DNA from: Octopus sinensis
Lineage: Eukaryota
NCBI RefSeq assembly: GCF_006345805.1
Contig: NW_021826052.1
Coordinates: 1 to 13,826 of the forward strand
DNA length: 13,826 bases
Direction of reading: 5' to 3'
The notes beneath the pieces were generated by a model. That model was not told the origin of the DNA, made no database searches, and was given only the letters and a program-made list of their open reading frames with translations. The translations under genes were made by a program, and so were the position numbers. Shown here piece after piece: positions 9,375 to 13,826 of this stretch; position 1 is the first letter of the stretch; each line of letters begins with the position of its first letter.

Positions 9375-9713
9375 CCCTATCTTTCCCGATCTTCTTCCAT
9401 TAGTGTTTTTAGTCTTCAATTTGGCATCCAGCATCTTCTGCAAGCTGTTGTATATTCATCTTCCGTGGTTTTTCAGTTCTTTACTTTTCCAGCAGTGACC
9501 AGCAAACCTCAATCTTCGCTCTTGGATGGTTGATGAGAGGGTTGGTACATTCCCATATAACTGTTGTTTTGTTGGGTGCTCCCTCTAAGAGATGTAGAAC
9601 ACTGCACGTAACATCTTGGTGTAGGCACTACCCAGCATGCACTTGAGTCTCTTGGTGAGAGTCCAAGTCGGATCTCCATATACATGCACAGATTCAACAA
9701 CTGCTCTGAAGAA
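9375..9713 (-). mobile_element. Decayed RTE-type non-LTR retrotransposon fragment (region C-terminal to the RT domain)
   Basis: Manual minus-strand translation from 9713: FFRAVVESVHVYGDPTWTLTKRLKCMLGSAYTKMLRAVFYIS*REHPTKQQLYGNVPTLSSTIQERRLRFAGHCWKSKEL, then after a deletion/frameshift QLAEDAGCQIED..DRER. Matches RTE motifs (LLYGxETWTL, MLR, RRLRWxGH). Not in the ORF track because of the internal stop. Confidence 0.88.
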
Positions 9714-9942
9714 CTACTCTAGCCCTAAGTGCAATAAATTTAGCAATACATCCATTTCATAGCATGTTACAAAACTCGAATGACGATTTGATTGCTATTT
9801 CTAATAAAAACCAAAAGACAGCTTAAAGGCTTCTGGAGGCATGGATGTATCTGGAACAAAAGATCTATCGGTCACAACACGTGTCCTTCTGAATCCTGAA
9901 TGCTTAAGGGTCTGTATGATTACAGCTGACTTGGAGCTACGC

Positions 9943-10060
9943 CATCAACAGCAGCAGCACCACCACTACCACTACCACCACCTCCTCCTCCCCTCCTCCT
10001 CCCCCACCGCCATCGCTGTCAGTATTACCACTAATACCACCATAGCAATAACAACTATAA
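9943..10060. repeat. Compound trinucleotide tract (CAG, CAC/TAC, CTC, then degenerate)
   Basis: Direct reading. Confidence 0.85.
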
Positions 10061-10683
10061 TGAATTCCTTCAGTCTTTGGCTCAACCTTGGTCTAGATTT
10101 CTTTCTTTTCCTGTCTGTTTTTTTTTTTTTTGTTTTCTCTCAACACTTTCAGACGTAGGTCAGACTATTTTATCTGATCCTCCATTGATTGTGCTATTCA
10201 CCATTCTTGAAGGATATCTCTGTAATAATAATAAGCATTTTTGTCTTCAAAACTTTAGTTATAACTATTACCAATATTTCCTTTGTGTAAGCACAAGCGA
10301 CTACATTCTAGAATACATACAAGTTTCATTTCACCACTCTGACGAATATATATGCATGCGCGCACGTTTGTGTATGGAAGGTCATTCTTAGCTCTTCCTT
10401 AACCCCCATACATCTGAATATAAACCACCAGTATGCTGACTCAAAATATAGTAAACACTTCGACGTTCTCTTTTATAATACTAAGTGTAATTACATACCC
10501 TAGCTATACTATCCAGACGCACAATTAAAGAAAACGAACGACTCAACATTAAATTGGTTAACAAATTTTCCAGTCGTTTGTTCAATCAAACAACCATAAA
10601 TGAAATGCCGTGCACTAATTACATACACATAGACACAGACTTAATCTTCTTCTGACATTCTCTCTCACTTTCACTATTTCTCT

Positions 10684-11301
<618 letters not shown>

Positions 11302-11308
11302 TGATGAA

Positions 11309-11626
11309 GGCGCATGGCTCAGTGGTTAGAGTGTCTGTTGTGAGTTCGAATCCAGGACCGGGCGGCTGCATGTTGTGTTGTTGAGCAAGACACTTTATTT
11401 CACGTTGCTCCAGTTAACTCAGCTGTGGAAATGAGTTGCGACGTCATTGGTGCCAAGGTGTATCGGACTTTGCCTTTCCCTCGGACAACACTGGTGGCGT
11501 GGAGAGGGGAGGCTGGTATGCATGGGTGACTGCTGGTCTTCCGTAAACAACCTTGCTCGGACTTGTACCTTGGACGGTAACTTTCTAGGTGCAATTCCAT
11601 GGTCAGTCATGACTAAAGGGGGTCCC
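11309..11626 (+). mobile_element. tRNA-derived SINE family C with a Meta/MESC-like central domain
   Basis: A-box TGGCTCAGTGG (11315-11325) and B-box GAGTTCGAATCC (11342-11353), then TTGAGCAAGACACTTTATTTCACGTTGCTCCAGTTAACTCAGCTG (11381-11425), resembling conserved SINE central domains (domain name from memory). Small 3' hairpin at 11601-11614. Confidence 0.8.
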
Positions 11627-11629
11627 AGC

Positions 11630-11770
11630 ATGATATGATATATATGTTTATGTGTGTGTGTGTGTGTGTGCGTGTGTGTGTATATGTGTTATAAAAGAAA
11701 TAGACAAGCTTTCATGTAATGCATAATTATATATGTATATATACATACATATATACATATACATATATGC
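11630..11770. repeat. (GT)n and (TA/TACA)n microsatellites
   Basis: Direct reading. Confidence 0.85.
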
Positions 11771-11844
11771 ACAATTAGGCTGTTGGACAATTTAAACCAC
11801 TTGATGACTTAAGTTTTGCACACAATGCTCCCATTCTTGAAATA

Positions 11845-12230
11845 CGATGTCTGTCCAAAAAAACAAACAAAAAAATTTTTTTTAAATGAAAACGAAAAGA
11901 AAAGAAAAGTATTTCTTATTTATAATTTAATCAACTTTCTCCGCTTCAGAATCGTTCCCTACTCTGTGTGGAAACATTTACTGAAATGGATTTTTAGGTG
12001 CAGCTCACAGTTCTTGTACTGATTCATTTTCTGAAATTCCGGACTGAAATTGGTGACATCCCAGGATAGATTTCATCTATGGGAATTAAAGCTCCAAAAT
12101 AGCGAACAGATATTTAAACAAAAAGTAAAAAGGGGCCAAACCCAGAGGCAATGATGACTGCGAGTGGGGTGAGCCAAAAGCCATGCACAAAATAAGTTCA
12201 AAAAGCTCTGGAATTGTCAGACATGCTGCA
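11845..12230 (-). mobile_element. Very decayed mariner 3' half (different family from 1201-1760)
   Basis: The minus strand gives, across frameshifts and in the right order, DNSRA (cf. HDNARAH), SQSSLPLGLAPFYFLFK (cf. PQPPYSPDLAPCDFFLFPK) and KCFHTE/GNDSEAEKVD* (cf. KCIxxEGDYFEGDK), then a TIR-like end TTTTTTGGACAGACATCG with TA at 11843-11844. Confidence 0.5.
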
Positions 12231-12314
12231 AATTTTCTATACTTGAATAAAATAAATAAAATAATAATGAATACACCTGTACTTGTAGAGGATGAACAAA
12301 ATGAGTAATAATTA

Positions 12315-12367
<53 letters not shown>
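12315..12367. repeat. (TAG)n microsatellite, i.e. the (CTA)n tail of the adjacent SINE
   Basis: Direct reading; abuts the 3' end of the minus-strand SINE. Confidence 0.9.
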
Positions 12368-12572
12368 TTTTCTACTATCGGCACAAAGCCTGAAATTTGG
12401 GGGAGGGGAGTAGTCGATTACATCGACCCCAATACTTGACTGGTACTTAATTTATCGACACCGAAAGGATGAAAACCAAAGTCGACCTCGGCAGAATTTG
12501 AACTCAGAACGTTGTAGCGGGCAAAATACCGCTAAGCATTTCATCCCGCGTGTTAACGATTCGGCCGGTTCG
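12368..12572 (-). mobile_element. tRNA-derived SINE family A, near full length, variant 3' end
   Basis: TAGTCGATTACATCGACCCC..TGGTACTTAATTTATCGAC..AAGGATGAAA..AAAGTCGAC..ATTTGAACTCAGAACG..GCTAAGCATTT..AACGATTC is collinear with 5745-5905. Confidence 0.88.
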
Positions 12573-12609
12573 TAATAATCTACAGAATTGGAAGACGATG
12601 CTAATGAAA

Positions 12610-12611
<2 letters not shown>

Positions 12612-12669
<58 letters not shown>

Positions 12670-12692
12670 TAATAATAATGATAATAATAATA
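12612..12692. repeat. (TAA)n microsatellite
   Basis: Direct reading. Confidence 0.95.
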
Positions 12693-12757
12693 AATTACAT
12701 TTTCCATCATACCCAGCAAAATAAGCTGTGAGTTTTCATATAATAATATTGGAAGTA

Positions 12758-13226
12758 TTATCATGTATATTGTTTTATCTTGGTATAAAAGATGGGCTAC
12801 GATAAATAATCTGCCCAATACCGCAGATTTGCTTGTCGGTTTCTTGACCTTAACCAGTTGAGCATGTCCTTTAGTGGCTGACGATATGTGCATCTCTGAT
12901 CACAAGCAGAAGTAGTGGGTGAGCATCATAGCCATGTGTTGAGAGGAATTCTTTGGAATTTGAATAACTCACGACTGGAAACATGGGTGTTTTGTTCATC
13001 ATCCTTAAACAAACCTTATTCAGGGACCTTTTGACCGGAATGGGCTATTCGACATGAAGAAAATTCTAACTGGGCCCCACCTGCAAGATCATACGCTTGA
13101 TATGAGATCACCATGACATGCACATATGGCTGAGATGCATGTGTCTAGTGTACTCTTATGAGGCGGGTAGTCATAATGGGTGTATTGAGTTTCGTTTATT
13201 TGTCACCTTGATGGTATGGGCTGCTA
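12758..13226. mobile_element. Unclassified interspersed repeat candidate (non-coding, between TAA tracts)
   Basis: Complex, GC-richer island in an AT/TAA-rich context. It resembles an abundant octopus repeat as I recall it; there is no second copy in the window to confirm. Confidence 0.4.
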
Positions 13227-13374
13227 TGAATTTATTTATTTATTAATTTTTTAAATAGATATTTTATCTGTGAATTTGCGTGCGTAATCTGGGAATGCAT
13301 ACAATGAGCTTCTCTGCCCTAGGTGTACGGAAAACACCCGGCGGGAAACGGAAGAAAATTTGAAGAAGGAAAAA

Positions 13375-13398
13375 ATAATAATAACATCAACAATGATG

Positions 13399-13437
<39 letters not shown>

Positions 13438-13485
13438 TAATAATAATAATAATAATAATAATATAATAATCTGATGATGATGATG

Positions 13486-13535
<50 letters not shown>

Positions 13536-13575
13536 TAATAATAATAATAATAATAAGGATGATAATAATAACAAC
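13375..13575. repeat. (TAA)n/(TGA)n microsatellite
   Basis: Direct reading; source of the poly-I/Y ORFs. Confidence 0.95.
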
Positions 13576-13826
13576 TAACGGGACCCGTGAATATTTCATG
13601 GAATTAATAGTAAACCTATTAGGTTATTCCTGAAAATTTTATCGAAAAAGCCTGAAAGTGTAGCCTGTGTTGTGTTCGTATCAAAAGATAGTCGCTCATC
13701 TACTATTCATTGAAAGAGAAGGAAATTGGAATACGATGATTACGAAGGCACTTTATAATAGCATTCATATTGAAATTTAATTTACATATACTATTCATAC
13801 TTTATGCACAATTTAATACACAGTAC

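Noticed and set aside
9841-10158. 105-aa ORF with polyQ/H/S and a hydrophobic C-terminus
   Set aside because: Composition comes from a trinucleotide tract and T-runs; no domain or splice support.
11309-11385. tRNA gene
   Set aside because: A and B boxes are present but there is no cloverleaf, and the sequence continues into a SINE body.
12840-12930. HDV-like ribozyme on the minus strand (TCTG-cttgtgat-CAGA as P3/L3)
   Set aside because: No GG for P1.1 and no convincing P2 or J4/2 could be assigned.

Overview
AT-rich, microsatellite-dense eukaryotic non-coding DNA (intergenic or intronic). No host exon is recognisable, and almost all ORFs in the supplied track are translated (TA)n/(CA)n/(TAA)n repeats. 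The repeat families resemble ones I recall from octopus genomes; that is an unverified inference. The window is a patchwork of transposon relics. DNA transposons: a small Tc1/mariner-type MITE (29-259), an internally deleted mariner with near-perfect TIRs (1201-1760), a 582-bp element with ~90-bp TIRs carrying octamer and CCAAT motifs (8784-9365), and a very decayed second mariner (11845-12230). Retroelements: several tRNA-derived SINE families in both orientations, a decayed RTE-type LINE fragment next to the TIR element (9375-9713), and a hairpin-dense, probably RTE-derived non-autonomous element (~7121-7664). I cannot demonstrate a new biological system. The best leads are the structured 7121-7664 element and the promoter-motif-bearing TIR element.
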